This document shows, in pieces, positions 21,235-33,145 of a DNA stretch of 64,000 bases. How positions within the stretch are numbered: position 1 is the first letter of the stretch; each line of letters opens with the position of its first letter. The DNA is taken from contig CAYJTU010000001.1 of assembly GCA_964373105.1 (NCBI GenBank), positions 5,217 through 69,216 on the forward strand, in the 5' to 3' direction. The notes under the pieces are model-generated. The model worked only from the letters and a program-made list of their open reading frames with translations. It ran no database searches and was not told the origin of the DNA. Origin of the DNA: an uncultured Moraxellaceae bacterium. Lineage in GTDB: Bacteria; Pseudomonadota; Gammaproteobacteria; Pseudomonadales; Moraxellaceae. The position numbers were made by a program, and so were the translations under genes.

Positions 21235-21579
21235 TGGGTTTGTCACACTGCCATTGTAGTATAGTAGAAATGTAAAAATAAATTTCGTAATGCTTGCTTT
21301 AATATTTTCAATGTGTTCTCTTAGAGGTGTTGCCGCAAGGGTAACATGAACCCGTCCGACTCGCGTCAGATGTTGTTTTATATGAGTTTATTTATGTTGA
21401 TTGCTTTTTTATACTGAAGTTTTCTAATGTAATTTGAAGTCTTGTAAATCACAACTGCACGGGCCGACTATCAGGCTAAAAGCGATGGTATGATTCGCTC
21501 GTCGCCGACCAGTCTGCTCTATTTGAATGGCCGCTCGACACATTGAATCATATCTTCGACACATTACGAGGATGGTTTT

Positions 21580-21942
21580 ATGCAAATTAAGATTAGTGGA
21601 CATCATGTGAATGTTTCCCCAGAACTGGAATCTATCGTTCAAGAAAAACTCGCCAAAGTCGAACGACATTTTGATCACATCAACAGCATGCAAGTGATCT
21701 TTTCTAAAGAAAATCACCATTCAGATCCGAGTTATGACGGCCGTAAAGGTCTTGCAAATCACAAAGCAGAAGTGATTTTGCGTGTCCCGGGCTCTGAATT
21801 ATTTGCACAAGCGACTGCTGATAATGTTCAAACGACACTTGATCTGTTGGTGGATAAGCTAGACCGCCAAATCGTGCGCCATAAAGAACGCCTCAAGAAT
21901 CACAGCAATCAAGCCCATCACCAGCAATTCGCGCTGGAGTAA
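21580..21942 (+). CDS. hpf: Ribosome hibernation promoting factor (RaiA/HPF)
   Basis: MQIKISGHHVNVSPEL...KLDRQIVRHKE; follows rpoN. Confidence 0.92.
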   Translation: MQIKISGHHVNVSPELESIVQEKLAKVERHFDHINSMQVIFSKENHHSDPSYDGRKGLANHKAEVILRVPGSELFAQATADNVQTTLDLLVDKLDRQIVRHKERLKNHSNQAHHQQFALE

Positions 21943-22067
21943 TTTTACCGATCAAATTTGCTGATTGTGAATCGCTCTTTTTATCGATTAATCTTTTAAA
22001 CGGACTCTATAGATGGATTCAATAGATAATCAGTAAATCAATTGTTTAATTCAGTGGTTACAATGAG

Positions 22068-22093
22068 AGCTCGGATTTGTCCGAGCTTTTTTT
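22068..22093 (+). terminator. Intrinsic terminator downstream of hpf
   Basis: agctcgga-tttg-tccgagct followed by a T-run. Confidence 0.8.
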
Positions 22094-22190
22094 ATGATTC
22101 GTATTTATGTCATCACCGGGCTTTAAGATATTATTTCAAGCATCGAGACGCATATCCATTCAAGTGGTTTTTAAGGGCAGGTTAATCGGC

Positions 22191-23054
22191 ATGAAAACCG
22201 TAGATGTAGATTGTAGTTTAGGTTATTTGGTCAATCAGAAATCTGAATTTATTATTCAGATTCAAGCTGCGAATCATCCTTGGCAGCGTGTGATATCTGA
22301 GACGCTTGATTTAGCGGGGATTACCCCTGAGTCGTTTGTCGATATCTCGGGGCAGAATCGCATGTTTCGCTTCAGTGGCCAGCCCGGTCGGATCGAAATG
22401 CGCTACCGCGCGACGGTCGAGGTTGATATGCCGCCGCGCAATCCGTATGCGGCGGAGTTGGATGTGGCCGATCTACCGACAGATGTTTTACACTATTTGT
22501 TGCCCAGTCGTTACTGTGAGTCGGATTTGATCAGTGCGATGGCTCAGCGTACGTTTGGCAATTTACCACGTGGCTTCAGTCGTGTTGAGGCAATCTGCAA
22601 TTGGATCAAAAATAACGTGGTCTATGAGATTGGCTCTAGCCACGCGTCAACGACAGCGCGTGAAGTCCTTGCGAACCGTGCGGGCGTTTGTCGTGATTTT
22701 GCTCATTTAGGCATCGCGTTTTGCCGAGCGCTCAACATTCCGGCGCGGTTTGTATTTGGTCATACTGAGTTCCCTGATCCACCGCCGGATTTTCATGCCG
22801 TGTTTGAGGCTTTTCTCGGCGGGCAGTGGATCTTGTTCGATGCCACCAAGATGGCACCGCTAGACAAGATCGTACGTATCGGTACTGGGACAGATGCCAA
22901 AGATGTTGCATTTTCAACCATGTATGGCGATGTGCAGATGACTTATCTGAAACCCTTAGTGCGTGATCACATCCAAGGCCAGTCGTCTGAGTTTGAGCAG
23001 GTTGATGATTTCATTGGAGCGGAATCGAGCTACGCCACCAAAGCGAGTGATTAA
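22191..23054 (+). CDS. Transglutaminase-like cysteine protease family protein (start MKTVD at 22191 preferred)
   Basis: YLLPSRYCESD, GVCRDFAHL, DFHA and FDAT giving a C-H-D triad. Confidence 0.9.
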   Translation: MKTVDVDCSLGYLVNQKSEFIIQIQAANHPWQRVISETLDLAGITPESFVDISGQNRMFRFSGQPGRIEMRYRATVEVDMPPRNPYAAELDVADLPTDVLHYLLPSRYCESDLISAMAQRTFGNLPRGFSRVEAICNWIKNNVVYEIGSSHASTTAREVLANRAGVCRDFAHLGIAFCRALNIPARFVFGHTEFPDPPPDFHAVFEAFLGGQWILFDATKMAPLDKIVRIGTGTDAKDVAFSTMYGDVQMTYLKPLVRDHIQGQSSEFEQVDDFIGAESSYATKASD

Positions 23055-23075
23055 GCTTACCACCATCTTTGGTCA

Positions 23076-23780
23076 TTAAAGAGGCGGTTTTTCAATGTCA
23101 TCGGCAAGTGGTTGGCTTCGCTTATTTTGCGGTAATCTGAATAGTCTACGGCGGTCACCGTTTTTACGTCGATCAATGCTACTGTGCTCTGGAAGAGTCA
23201 TTTCTGAAGGTTGAATTGATTCTTTAAGTTTCTGGCGAATCTTGCGGCGACGTTTGATGCGCGATTGGGTCAGGGTATGCATGAGGTGTGGCAGGTCTTT
23301 AAGCTCCAGACGTTTCACGAACTCATAGAGCATGCGATCACGGGTAAAGCGGAAGTATTGTCCAATGCGGCGCTGATTGATTTCATGCGTTTGAAATTTT
23401 AGGACATGGTGATCGATCAGCACTAAAGCCAGTAGCGCAAGATTGCTTGTTACCGCATTAAAAGTCGTCCCTAAGTATGTGGGCGCAAAGATCATCGTAT
23501 CGATTAGGGAAAAGACCAGTATCCCCCCTGCAATCCACAGCGGTTTTTTATCGGTAAAAGCAATGACTAGCCATATGGCAAGACCCATCTCAAGCACGCC
23601 CCCGATATGAGAAATCCAACTCACATAAGACATGGATACGCCGTGAGCCAAGACCACGGCTTGCTCTGTTGGGTCAAGGGTCAACCACTTCGGCACCAGC
23701 CCTTGGTAAAAAAAGCTAAAAGCAACGACGATGCGCGCAAGCCCTCGAATTTGGTATAATAATTCTTCTGTGGTTTTCAT
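23076..23780 (-). CDS. DoxX-like membrane protein with a basic C-terminal extension
   Basis: FFYQGLVPKW and GVLEMGLA hydrophobic segments. Confidence 0.65.
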   Translation of the reverse strand: MKTTEELLYQIRGLARIVVAFSFFYQGLVPKWLTLDPTEQAVVLAHGVSMSYVSWISHIGGVLEMGLAIWLVIAFTDKKPLWIAGGILVFSLIDTMIFAPTYLGTTFNAVTSNLALLALVLIDHHVLKFQTHEINQRRIGQYFRFTRDRMLYEFVKRLELKDLPHLMHTLTQSRIKRRRKIRQKLKESIQPSEMTLPEHSSIDRRKNGDRRRLFRLPQNKRSQPLADDIEKPPL

Positions 23781-23947
23781 TCAGTTGTTACCGTATTTTT
23801 TAAACATCGATGATGCGTTTTAGATTTGTTTTTAACGTTGTTATTCCAAGCGACAAGTGCTGTGTTTAAACCAGACTTAATGCGTCTTTGACTGGACTAT
23901 AACCCAGACACAGGCTAACCTTCGCTTTATTCTATCTCTTTATCCAA

Positions 23948-24208
23948 TTGAGCAGCAGCATGACCCCTGAAATCTTACGCGAGATCTTACAAGCCGCATT
24001 TCCAAGCGCAGAAATTGCCACGTCAGGACAGGCTGGAAAGTTTGATGTGCGCGTTGTGGATATTCAGTTTGAGGGCAAACGCCCAGTGGCTCGCCAACAG
24101 TCCGTCTATGCACCGCTGGGCAGCTATATTGCCAGTGGCGAGGTTCATGCCGTGAGCATCAAAGCATTGACGCCTGAAGAGTGGCGTAAAGCCAGCTTGT
24201 TCGGTTAA
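23948..24208 (+). CDS. BolA/IbaG-family protein
   Basis: FEGKRPVARQQSVY and VHAVSIKALTPEEW; upstream of murA. Confidence 0.9.
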   Translation: MSSSMTPEILREILQAAFPSAEIATSGQAGKFDVRVVDIQFEGKRPVARQQSVYAPLGSYIASGEVHAVSIKALTPEEWRKASLFG

Positions 24209-24348
24209 TCATTTATCGAATTCAGCGATCCGTTAAGCGGATTGTCCTCGATGTGCTGAATGTTGTCATTTTGACGGACATAAACTGTTGAAAAAATATT
24301 CTTATTAATAGACCGATTTGATCGCGGTAAGCACGACTTGAGACATGA

Positions 24349-25668
<1,320 letters not shown>

Positions 25669-26385
25669 ATGAGTGACCTGCAAAAAGAATCCCAAAATAC
25701 GCCACAGACTTCGATTGGCAGTGATGAGTCGGTGATGGGTAATTTTGATCATGGTTTGACGCTCGCACTCAGCAAAGGCCGGATTCTCAAAGAAACACTG
25801 CCGCTGTTAAAAAATGCCGGTATTGAACTGCTTGAAGATCCAGATAAAAGCCGTAAACTGATTTTTCCAACCACACATCCTTTGGTGCGCATCTTGATTC
25901 TACGCGCCAGCGATGTGCCTGCTTATGTGGAGAACGGTGCTGCCGATGTCGGTGTGGCGGGCAAAGACGTGCTGATGGAATACGGTGCGCAGAATGTCTA
26001 TGAGCTCATCGATCTTAAAATTGCCAATTGTCGTCTCATGACGGCAGGTCGTGTTGATGCAGAGGGCAATTGGCAGAAGCCTGTCGGACGTTTAAAGATT
26101 GCGACCAAATATATCAATCTGACGCGTCAATATTATGCCAGCCGCGGTGAGCAGGTTGATGTCATCAAGCTTTATGGCTCGATGGAGTTGGCACCATTGG
26201 TAGGATTGGGCGATTTGATTGTCGACGTCGTAGACACGGGAAATACCCTGCGTGCCAATGGTCTTGCACCGTTTGATGTCATCGCGCAGATTTCATCACG
26301 TCTGATTGTCAATAAAGCCAGCTATAAGCGCAAGCAAGCGGTCTTGAGTCCGATTCTCGCTGGTATCGAAGCCGCAATCGGTTAA
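25669..26385 (+). CDS. hisG: ATP phosphoribosyltransferase, short form (needs HisZ)
   Basis: [32 protein letters not shown]; no C-terminal regulatory domain. Confidence 0.96.
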   Translation: MSDLQKESQNTPQTSIGSDESVMGNFDHGLTLALSKGRILKETLPLLKNAGIELLEDPDKSRKLIFPTTHPLVRILILRASDVPAYVENGAADVGVAGKDVLMEYGAQNVYELIDLKIANCRLMTAGRVDAEGNWQKPVGRLKIATKYINLTRQYYASRGEQVDVIKLYGSMELAPLVGLGDLIVDVVDTGNTLRANGLAPFDVIAQISSRLIVNKASYKRKQAVLSPILAGIEAAIG

Positions 26386-26406
26386 GCTGTATTTTGTTGA
26401 TCGTTT

Positions 26407-26438
26407 ACCCTGTTTTGGTATGATCGCTAAAACAGGGT
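26407..26438. terminator. Hairpin between convergent hisG and HIT genes
   Basis: accctgtttt...aaaacagggt inverted repeat. Confidence 0.6.
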
Positions 26439-26455
26439 GTCATCAAGACTCGCAT

Positions 26456-26881
26456 TTAAGCGTCTAAGGCCGCTTTGATGCGTTCTGCAAAACCTTGAAT
26501 CTGTGCCATATCACCCATCTTTGCGCCATGCGCACGGGTCATCAGTGCCCCCAGTGAACTCGGCAGGATATGAAAGTGCACGTGCGGTACCGTTTGCCCC
26601 GCTGCGGCGCCATTCAATTGCATCAAGACAAAACCATCCACGCCCATCGCTGTTTTCACCGCTTTAGACACTTTTTGAACCGTATGAATCCACGCGCTAG
26701 CGCCTTCAGGCGATAGATCTAAAATCGTTTCTGCAGGTTCTTTGGTAATGACCAAGGTATGGCCATCCGCTTGCGGCATGATATCCATGAAGGCCAGTGT
26801 GTGCTCATCTTCATAGACTTTACTGCACGGGATTTCTCCGCGTAGGATCTTGGCGAAAATATTATTGGTGTCATAAGCCAT
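26456..26881 (-). CDS. HIT-family nucleotide hydrolase
   Basis: NIFAKILRGEIP, GHTLVI, GQTVPHVHFHIL (HxHxH). Confidence 0.93.
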   Translation of the reverse strand: MAYDTNNIFAKILRGEIPCSKVYEDEHTLAFMDIMPQADGHTLVITKEPAETILDLSPEGASAWIHTVQKVSKAVKTAMGVDGFVLMQLNGAAAGQTVPHVHFHILPSSLGALMTRAHGAKMGDMAQIQGFAERIKAALDA

Positions 26882-26988
26882 GTGAACCGTCCTTGCGATT
26901 ATGAGTGGGGGGTGGTGGATTGATCAGCATCTTGATCAACGCTGTCAATATTAGCAGAAAATAGCATTCGCACTTTATGCGTGTAATC

Positions 26989-27022
26989 AAAAAAGGTCGC
27001 AACGATAACGCTGCGACCTTTT
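26989..27022 (-). terminator. Terminator downstream of the DUF481 gene
   Basis: aaaaaaggtcgca...tgcgacctttt inverted repeat. Confidence 0.75.
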
Positions 27023-27077
27023 GACTGAATGATGGGTCTGGATGGGTTCATCGATTGAGTTGCGATTCTGCCGCTAT

Positions 27078-27839
27078 TTAGTAGCTGTATTTCAAGCCAA
27101 AAGCGGTCAATGAGCTGTCGGAATCACCCTGATCAGAGCTGATTTTTTTATAGTCAAAGCTAAATAGACCCGAGAGTTTATCGGTCATCATCATCGACAA
27201 AGCACTGCGCGAGCGGAAGGTGTTGGACGATGAACCGTAGTCATAGCCCAGATCCTGAGTAAAGTTTACGGTTTTGGTCAAGATGCGTTCATAGTGGGCA
27301 GCCAGTGTGCCGATGGCTTCAGTGTTATCATCTTTAGGTGGAAAGCGATCTACGCTGTAGCGCACACCGGCACCGATTTCACCATTTAAGAATTGCACAT
27401 CGTCGCGATAAAGCTCAGTACCGATTCCACCGGTAAGATAGGTTTGGTAGTCAAATGCACTGCTCAAGTCTTTTTCCCATTGCAACTTGGCAAATTCGTA
27501 AAAGCTGCCTTCACTATGCATCAGTTTACCTGATGCGAGATAGCGCTCAACGCTATCCGTCGATTGATTGTCGCTGCTCCCTATCGCTTCGGCTTTGAAT
27601 TCCTGTCCCCAGTCGCCTTGCATGTGTTTATAGGTGATATGACCTGCGACGCTTTGTTTTCGAGATGAGGTGCCATCGGTATTGTTGGTGTTATTGAGCA
27701 AATAGCTTAAATCGGCATCAAGATTATAATCTTTGTCTTTGGTGACTTTGATCGCGTCTTCCGCGGCCATCGATGCGGCACTGATCGCTAAGCCAAGCAT
27801 GACAGTGGTTAGTTTTTTAATTGAAAATGTCATTAGCAT
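27078..27839 (-). CDS. DUF481/YdiY-like outer-membrane beta-barrel
   Basis: Signal peptide, alternating beta-strand pattern, aromatic C-terminus FGLKYSY. Confidence 0.75.
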   Translation of the reverse strand: MLMTFSIKKLTTVMLGLAISAASMAAEDAIKVTKDKDYNLDADLSYLLNNTNNTDGTSSRKQSVAGHITYKHMQGDWGQEFKAEAIGSSDNQSTDSVERYLASGKLMHSEGSFYEFAKLQWEKDLSSAFDYQTYLTGGIGTELYRDDVQFLNGEIGAGVRYSVDRFPPKDDNTEAIGTLAAHYERILTKTVNFTQDLGYDYGSSSNTFRSRSALSMMMTDKLSGLFSFDYKKISSDQGDSDSSLTAFGLKYSY

Positions 27840-28098
27840 CTCTCGTCATGATGAAAAATAAAACGTGTGGATACACCACATGAAGTCAACAAATCCTAGA
27901 GACTATTGATCTTAAAATCTATTTGTATGACGAAATGGTTACAGGACTCAAACTAAAGGGATAAGATATTCCAGTTGAATCCTATCGATAAATGATAATT
28001 GGTTGGCATATTTTTGAGATACAGGCCTGGCGTAATAGAGCGCACATTTCAAGCCAAAAACAAGTTAAAATTGCCTCCTTATTTTTGTAAAAAAGTGG

Positions 28099-29409
28099 AT
28101 GCGGTCAATGATGCGTCGCCTGTCGAGTGTGGATGTGAATTTTGATGAGCAACTGAATAGTTTGCTTGCGTTTGAAACCGTGAATGATGCGGCATTGATT
28201 CATACCGTGGATCAGATCATTCATGACGTTCGCACCCATGGCAATGCACATGTGCTGAAACTCACCCAGCAGTTCGATCAGCATCCTGCACAGACTTTCG
28301 CTGAGCTAGAGTTAACTCAAGCTGCATTGAAAGCCGCCTTTGAGTCGCTTGATCCAACCGTGCGCACTGCATTGGAATTGGCTGCAGCGCGTATCCGCAG
28401 TTTTCATACTGCGCAGAAACAAGACGGCTGGCAGTACACCGATGAACTGGGCAATGTGCTGGGTCAAAAAGTCACGGCACTCGATCGCGTTGGCATCTAT
28501 GTCCCAGGCGGCAAAGCCTCCTATCCGTCATCGGTATTGATGAATGCGATTCCTGCACAAGTGGCTGGTGTGACGGAGATCATCATGGTTGTGCCTGCGC
28601 CCAAAGGTGAACTGAGTGAGTTGGTCTTGGCCGCTGCTTATCTATCGGGTGTGCACCGCGTACTGACCATAGGCGGGGCACAAGCGGTTGCGGCACTGGC
28701 GTATGGTACTGAGACGATTCCCAAAGTGGATAAAATTACCGGTCCGGGCAACCGTTATGTGGCCGCAGCGAAGCGGGCGGTATTTGGTCAAGTGGGCATC
28801 GATATGATCGCAGGACCTTCAGAGATTTTAGTCTATGCCGAAGGGCAGAATAATCCCGACTGGCTGGCGATGGATCTACTCTCACAGGCCGAGCATGACG
28901 AAATCGCCCAATCAATCTTTGTGACAACCGATGCTGTTTTGCTGGAGCAAGTAGCGGTTTCCATCGAAAAATTATTACCGACTCTGCCGCGCGTTGACAT
29001 CGCCCGCACATCAACCAATGATCGCGGCGCACTGATCTTGGTGAAAGATCGTGCGGAAGCCTTGGCACTGATCAATCGCGTTGCGCCAGAGCATTTAGAG
29101 CTCTGCGTGGATGATCCGGACAGCCTGCTACCTGATATCCGCCATGCAGGGGCGATCTTTATGGGTCGTCATACGCCAGAGGCGATTGGGGATTATTGTG
29201 CCGGTCCAAACCATGTGCTGCCGACGTCTGGTACCGCGCGTTTTTCATCACCGCTCGGTGTTTATGATTTTCAAAAACGCAGCAGCATCATTCATTGCTC
29301 AGCCGAAGGTAGCCAATCTTTGGCACAAGCCGCTGATATCTTGGCACAGCAAGAGGGACTGGATGCGCATGCGCGCTCGGCACGCTATCGTGTTGGGAGC
29401 CCATCATGA
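28099..29409 (+). CDS. hisD: Histidinol dehydrogenase
   Basis: [38 protein letters not shown]. Confidence 0.98.
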   Translation: MRSMMRRLSSVDVNFDEQLNSLLAFETVNDAALIHTVDQIIHDVRTHGNAHVLKLTQQFDQHPAQTFAELELTQAALKAAFESLDPTVRTALELAAARIRSFHTAQKQDGWQYTDELGNVLGQKVTALDRVGIYVPGGKASYPSSVLMNAIPAQVAGVTEIIMVVPAPKGELSELVLAAAYLSGVHRVLTIGGAQAVAALAYGTETIPKVDKITGPGNRYVAAAKRAVFGQVGIDMIAGPSEILVYAEGQNNPDWLAMDLLSQAEHDEIAQSIFVTTDAVLLEQVAVSIEKLLPTLPRVDIARTSTNDRGALILVKDRAEALALINRVAPEHLELCVDDPDSLLPDIRHAGAIFMGRHTPEAIGDYCAGPNHVLPTSGTARFSSPLGVYDFQKRSSIIHCSAEGSQSLAQAADILAQQEGLDAHARSARYRVGSPS

Positions 29410-30503
29410 ACTCTGTCAGTCTAGTCGATGTCACTTTGAAGCAACGCCTTTGGAGTCCTTTGGTTCGTGATCTTGTGCCTTATGTACCGGGTGAGCAGCC
29501 CAAGATCAATAACCTGATCAAGCTCAATACCAATGAAAGTCCTTTTCCGCCATCGCCCAAGGTGCGTGAGGCGGTGATTGCAGCTTTGGGAGACGATGGT
29601 GACGTTTTGCGCCTTTATCCTGATCCTGATGCAAGTAGCCTGAAGCAAGTGATCGCAAGCTATCATGGATTACCAACCAATCAAGTCTTTTTAGGCAATG
29701 GTTCTGATGAGGTGTTGGCACATATTTATATGGCGTTTTTCAAACAGCCGCTGCCGATTTTATCGCCAGATATCAGCTATAGCTTTTACCCCGTTTACAG
29801 TCAGCTGTATGCGGTCGAAACGGTGCAGATTGCTTTGGATGCACACTTTCAGATTGATGTGAATGATTACAAGACGCCTAACGGCGGAATCATTCTGGCC
29901 AATCCCAATGCCCCAACGGGAGTATTGCTGACACTGGAGCAGATTCGATTATTACTGGCGAATAATCCTGACTCGGTCGTGGTGATTGATGAGGCCTATA
30001 TCGACTTTGGTGGTCAATCGGCGATTGCTCTGATCAATGAATTTGATAATCTGGTGGTCTGTCATACCGTGTCTAAATCACGCGCATTGGCGGGTCTGCG
30101 GATCGGGATGGTCTTTGCGCAAGCGCATCTCATTGAAGCGCTAGAACGGGTTAAAAACAGCTTTAATTCCTATCCTTTAGATCGCCTTGCGATTGCGGGC
30201 GGTGTGGCGTCTTTTGAAGATGATGCCTACTTCCAATCCACCTGTCAGGCATTGATTGATCTGCGTGATGCGCTGGTGGGTCAGTTGGACGGCTTGGGTT
30301 TTGAGGTGTTGCCTTCTCATGCCAATTTCATCTTTGCCCGTCATGCTCAGCATGAGGCTGTTGTTCTTGCTAAAGGATTGCGTGAGGCGGGTATCATTGT
30401 GCGTCACTTTGCCAAGCCGCGTATTGATCAGTTCTTGCGGATTACCATTGGTACGGCAGAGCAAAATCAAGCGTTGATCACGCGTCTGAAAGAGATGCTT
30501 TAA
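29406..30503 (+). CDS. hisC: Histidinol-phosphate aminotransferase
   Basis: [42 protein letters not shown]. Confidence 0.97.
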   Translation: MNSVSLVDVTLKQRLWSPLVRDLVPYVPGEQPKINNLIKLNTNESPFPPSPKVREAVIAALGDDGDVLRLYPDPDASSLKQVIASYHGLPTNQVFLGNGSDEVLAHIYMAFFKQPLPILSPDISYSFYPVYSQLYAVETVQIALDAHFQIDVNDYKTPNGGIILANPNAPTGVLLTLEQIRLLLANNPDSVVVIDEAYIDFGGQSAIALINEFDNLVVCHTVSKSRALAGLRIGMVFAQAHLIEALERVKNSFNSYPLDRLAIAGGVASFEDDAYFQSTCQALIDLRDALVGQLDGLGFEVLPSHANFIFARHAQHEAVVLAKGLREAGIIVRHFAKPRIDQFLRITIGTAEQNQALITRLKEML

Positions 30504-30520
30504 CGCTTAACGCGCTGAAT

Positions 30521-30565
30521 AAAAAAAGCCTGCAGCTTTGAAGTTTCCCAGCGCAGGCTTTTTTT
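30521..30565. terminator. Bidirectional terminator between hisC and the hydroxypyruvate isomerase gene
   Basis: aaaaaaagcctgc...gcaggcttttttt. Confidence 0.8.
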
Positions 30566-30576
30566 ACACGTGATCT

Positions 30577-31362
30577 TTAGGTCCAATCCATCCAGTCCAA
30601 TGTCTCTTCGGTCTGTTTTGAGGGTTTATACTCTGCGCCGCAGTAGCCCTCATAGCTGAGCGCATCAATCACTTTAAACAGATGCTGGTAGTTGATATTG
30701 CCTGTACTTGGCTCATGACGATGCGGACAGTCTGCGAATTGAATATGACCAATCTGTTGAATATTTTCAGTCAAACCGACTTCTAGATTTTCTCCCATCA
30801 TCGCCATGTGATAGCAGTCGAATTGCATTTTGAGCGGCATGATGATGCTCGGCGTATTGATGGCCTCCAGCATCTCTTGCATTTGCACGATGTTTTGGAT
30901 CAAAAAGCGTGGCATATCGATGCCATTAATCGCCTCCATGACCGTGCTGACCCCAGATCCGGCAAAGACATTCATCGCAAAGCGCGTATTGGCTGCTAGC
31001 ACATGGAGGCAGGGTAGGAGATCGGTATCCACGGGTTGACGTCCTGCAAGGATATTGATGCGAGGCACATGCAGTGTTTTTGCGTAATGTGCTGCTTCAA
31101 AGACGGCTTGGCGAAAAGTTTGCTCGCGCCCAGGCACCCCTGCTAAACCATCCCCGCCTTGCATCAAATCACCTGCTGGTACATTGATCAGGACCAGTTT
31201 CAGGTGATGTCGTTCAAGCTCTGTTTGAATTTGGTCGGTCGTCAGTTCGTAAGGAAATTGAATCTCTACCGCAGAGAAACCAGATTGACGCGCAAGTGCA
31301 AAGCGTTCAATCAGTGGAACTTCGGTGTACAGCATGGAGAGGTTGGCAGAGAACTGGGGCAT
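30577..31362 (-). CDS. Hydroxypyruvate isomerase family (TIM barrel)
   Basis: FSANLSMLY, EIQFPY, FDCYHM, GHIQFADCPHRHEP, GAEYKP. Confidence 0.9.
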   Translation of the reverse strand: MPQFSANLSMLYTEVPLIERFALARQSGFSAVEIQFPYELTTDQIQTELERHHLKLVLINVPAGDLMQGGDGLAGVPGREQTFRQAVFEAAHYAKTLHVPRINILAGRQPVDTDLLPCLHVLAANTRFAMNVFAGSGVSTVMEAINGIDMPRFLIQNIVQMQEMLEAINTPSIIMPLKMQFDCYHMAMMGENLEVGLTENIQQIGHIQFADCPHRHEPSTGNINYQHLFKVIDALSYEGYCGAEYKPSKQTEETLDWMDWT

Positions 31363-31383
31363 GGCGGGGATACACTCAGAATT

Positions 31384-32253
31384 TTAATTCTTTGATTCAA
31401 TGCTTTGAATTAAACTCGATAAATCATCGCTTGCATAGCCTTGCGCAGCATGTTGATGCAGTTGTTGCAGTGCACGCTGTGCGACGGGCAGTGTGAGTCC
31501 ATGGTTAGCCGCAAGCGTCATCGCATTATTCAAATCTTTTTCTAAAGTCTGCACTTTCCATTGCACTGGCTCAAACTGACGGGTGGCCATGCGCGGGCTC
31601 AGGATTTGGAAGGGTTTCGAGTCGGCAAAACCACCTGCCAATGCGGGCGCCAGCAAGGAGGCGTCTACACCCGATTTTTCCGCCAGTGCGATGGCTTCAG
31701 CAATCAACGTACTGGTCGCTGCCACGATCAACTGATTGCAAATCTTGGTGGCTTGACCGCTGCCACTGCTTCCCATGGTCGTGACACGTTGAGACAGGGG
31801 GGCGAAGAATGGCGCAAGCTGTTTAATAATGGCGTGCTCACCGCCTGCAAAGATCACCAGCGTGCCTTGTTCTGCGCCGATGACCCCACCAGAAACAGGT
31901 GCATCCACCCATGAGGCATTTTTTGCTTGAGCAAGTAGAGCGAGACGCTGCGTCAATGCCACCGAGCTACTCGAAAAATCAACGATGATTTGCTGGGGTT
32001 GAATCTGATTGAGTAGCTGAAGTCCCACAGTCTCAACCGCAGCGTCATCAGCAAGACACAGGGCAATGATCGTGACATCCTGCAGATGATCTAAGTCTGT
32101 GAGTGCTCTCGCTCCATGCTGGATGAGCGGCACCGTTGCGTTGACGGTGCGATTCCAGACACTGACGTCAAAGCCCGCTTGCAGCAGTCGCAAACTCATG
32201 CGACTGCCCATGAGCCCCATGCCTAAAAACGCGATTTTGACAGCATTACTCAT
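31384..32253 (-). CDS. 3-hydroxyisobutyrate/2-hydroxy-3-oxopropionate dehydrogenase-family NAD(P) oxidoreductase
   Basis: FLGMGLMG, WNRT, DAPVSGG, KICNQ. Confidence 0.9.
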   Translation of the reverse strand: MSNAVKIAFLGMGLMGSRMSLRLLQAGFDVSVWNRTVNATVPLIQHGARALTDLDHLQDVTIIALCLADDAAVETVGLQLLNQIQPQQIIVDFSSSSVALTQRLALLAQAKNASWVDAPVSGGVIGAEQGTLVIFAGGEHAIIKQLAPFFAPLSQRVTTMGSSGSGQATKICNQLIVAATSTLIAEAIALAEKSGVDASLLAPALAGGFADSKPFQILSPRMATRQFEPVQWKVQTLEKDLNNAMTLAANHGLTLPVAQRALQQLHQHAAQGYASDDLSSLIQSIESKN

Positions 32254-32268
32254 GGGGATCGACTCGTT

Positions 32269-33066
32269 TTAGCGGTATTGGCGCGGTTGGTATTCCAGTT
32301 CAGGCTTTTTGTCTTTACGCATCGCGATCTGACGATTCTTACCCATCAGCAATTTAAGCTGCCAGATTTTCTCTAAGCGTAGCGCACGTTTAGGATGATG
32401 CTGCATCGCATCCAAGACGCGTTTGCCTGCAAGCAGTGCATCTGGAGAGCGGGTGAGGAATTCTTGCGCCAGCGTTTCTGCGGCGGCCAGAGGATCGGTT
32501 GCTAGGTGCGTGACCAAATGTAATTTTTCAGCTTCCTTACCGGTCAGTATCCGTCCGGATAGGGTCAGTTCTTTGGCGACATCTAGGGGGACGATGCCTT
32601 TGAGGGTTTGAGTGAGCCCCATGTCCGGCACCAAGCCCCAGCGACTTTCCATGATTGACAGCTTACACGTTGGCGTTGCGATACGAATATCGGCGGCCAA
32701 TGCCAACTGCATGCCAGCGCCTAGGCAATGTCCGTGAAGTGCCGCGATGACAGGAACAGGCAGATCTTGCCAAACTAAAAATGCTTTCTGGAAAAGGCTC
32801 TGACCGGGTTTAATGAGTTCCCACACCGCAAAAAGGGCATTTTTTTTATCATTGAGATCGGTCAGGTCGATGCCTGCGCTGAATGATTCGCCCACACCCG
32901 TCAGAATCACGACCCGAATCGATTTATCTTTTTTGATTAGGCGCGCGGTCTGTACCAGTTCACGTAGGAGCGCAAAGCTCATGGCGTTGCGTTTTTCGGG
33001 ACGATTGAGCTGAACAGTGGCGATCGCGCCTTTTTTTTGCAGGAAAACGAGAGACATATTAAACAT
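32269..33066 (-). CDS. Enoyl-CoA hydratase/crotonase-family protein
   Basis: LNRPEKRNAM, FSAGIDL, GHCLGAGMQLALAADIR, WGLVPDMG. Confidence 0.92.
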   Translation of the reverse strand: MFNMSLVFLQKKGAIATVQLNRPEKRNAMSFALLRELVQTARLIKKDKSIRVVILTGVGESFSAGIDLTDLNDKKNALFAVWELIKPGQSLFQKAFLVWQDLPVPVIAALHGHCLGAGMQLALAADIRIATPTCKLSIMESRWGLVPDMGLTQTLKGIVPLDVAKELTLSGRILTGKEAEKLHLVTHLATDPLAAAETLAQEFLTRSPDALLAGKRVLDAMQHHPKRALRLEKIWQLKLLMGKNRQIAMRKDKKPELEYQPRQYR

Positions 33067-33145
33067 CCATTAAAGAGATGGCTGATGGCGAGCTTATCGG
33101 GCAAATAAAGTATTGAAGGAAGGATTGATTCCTTTGAGGACTCTA

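Noticed and set aside
27990-28045. TGGC-containing sequences upstream of hisD as sigma-54 promoters
   Set aside because: None has GC at the required GG-N10-GC spacing.
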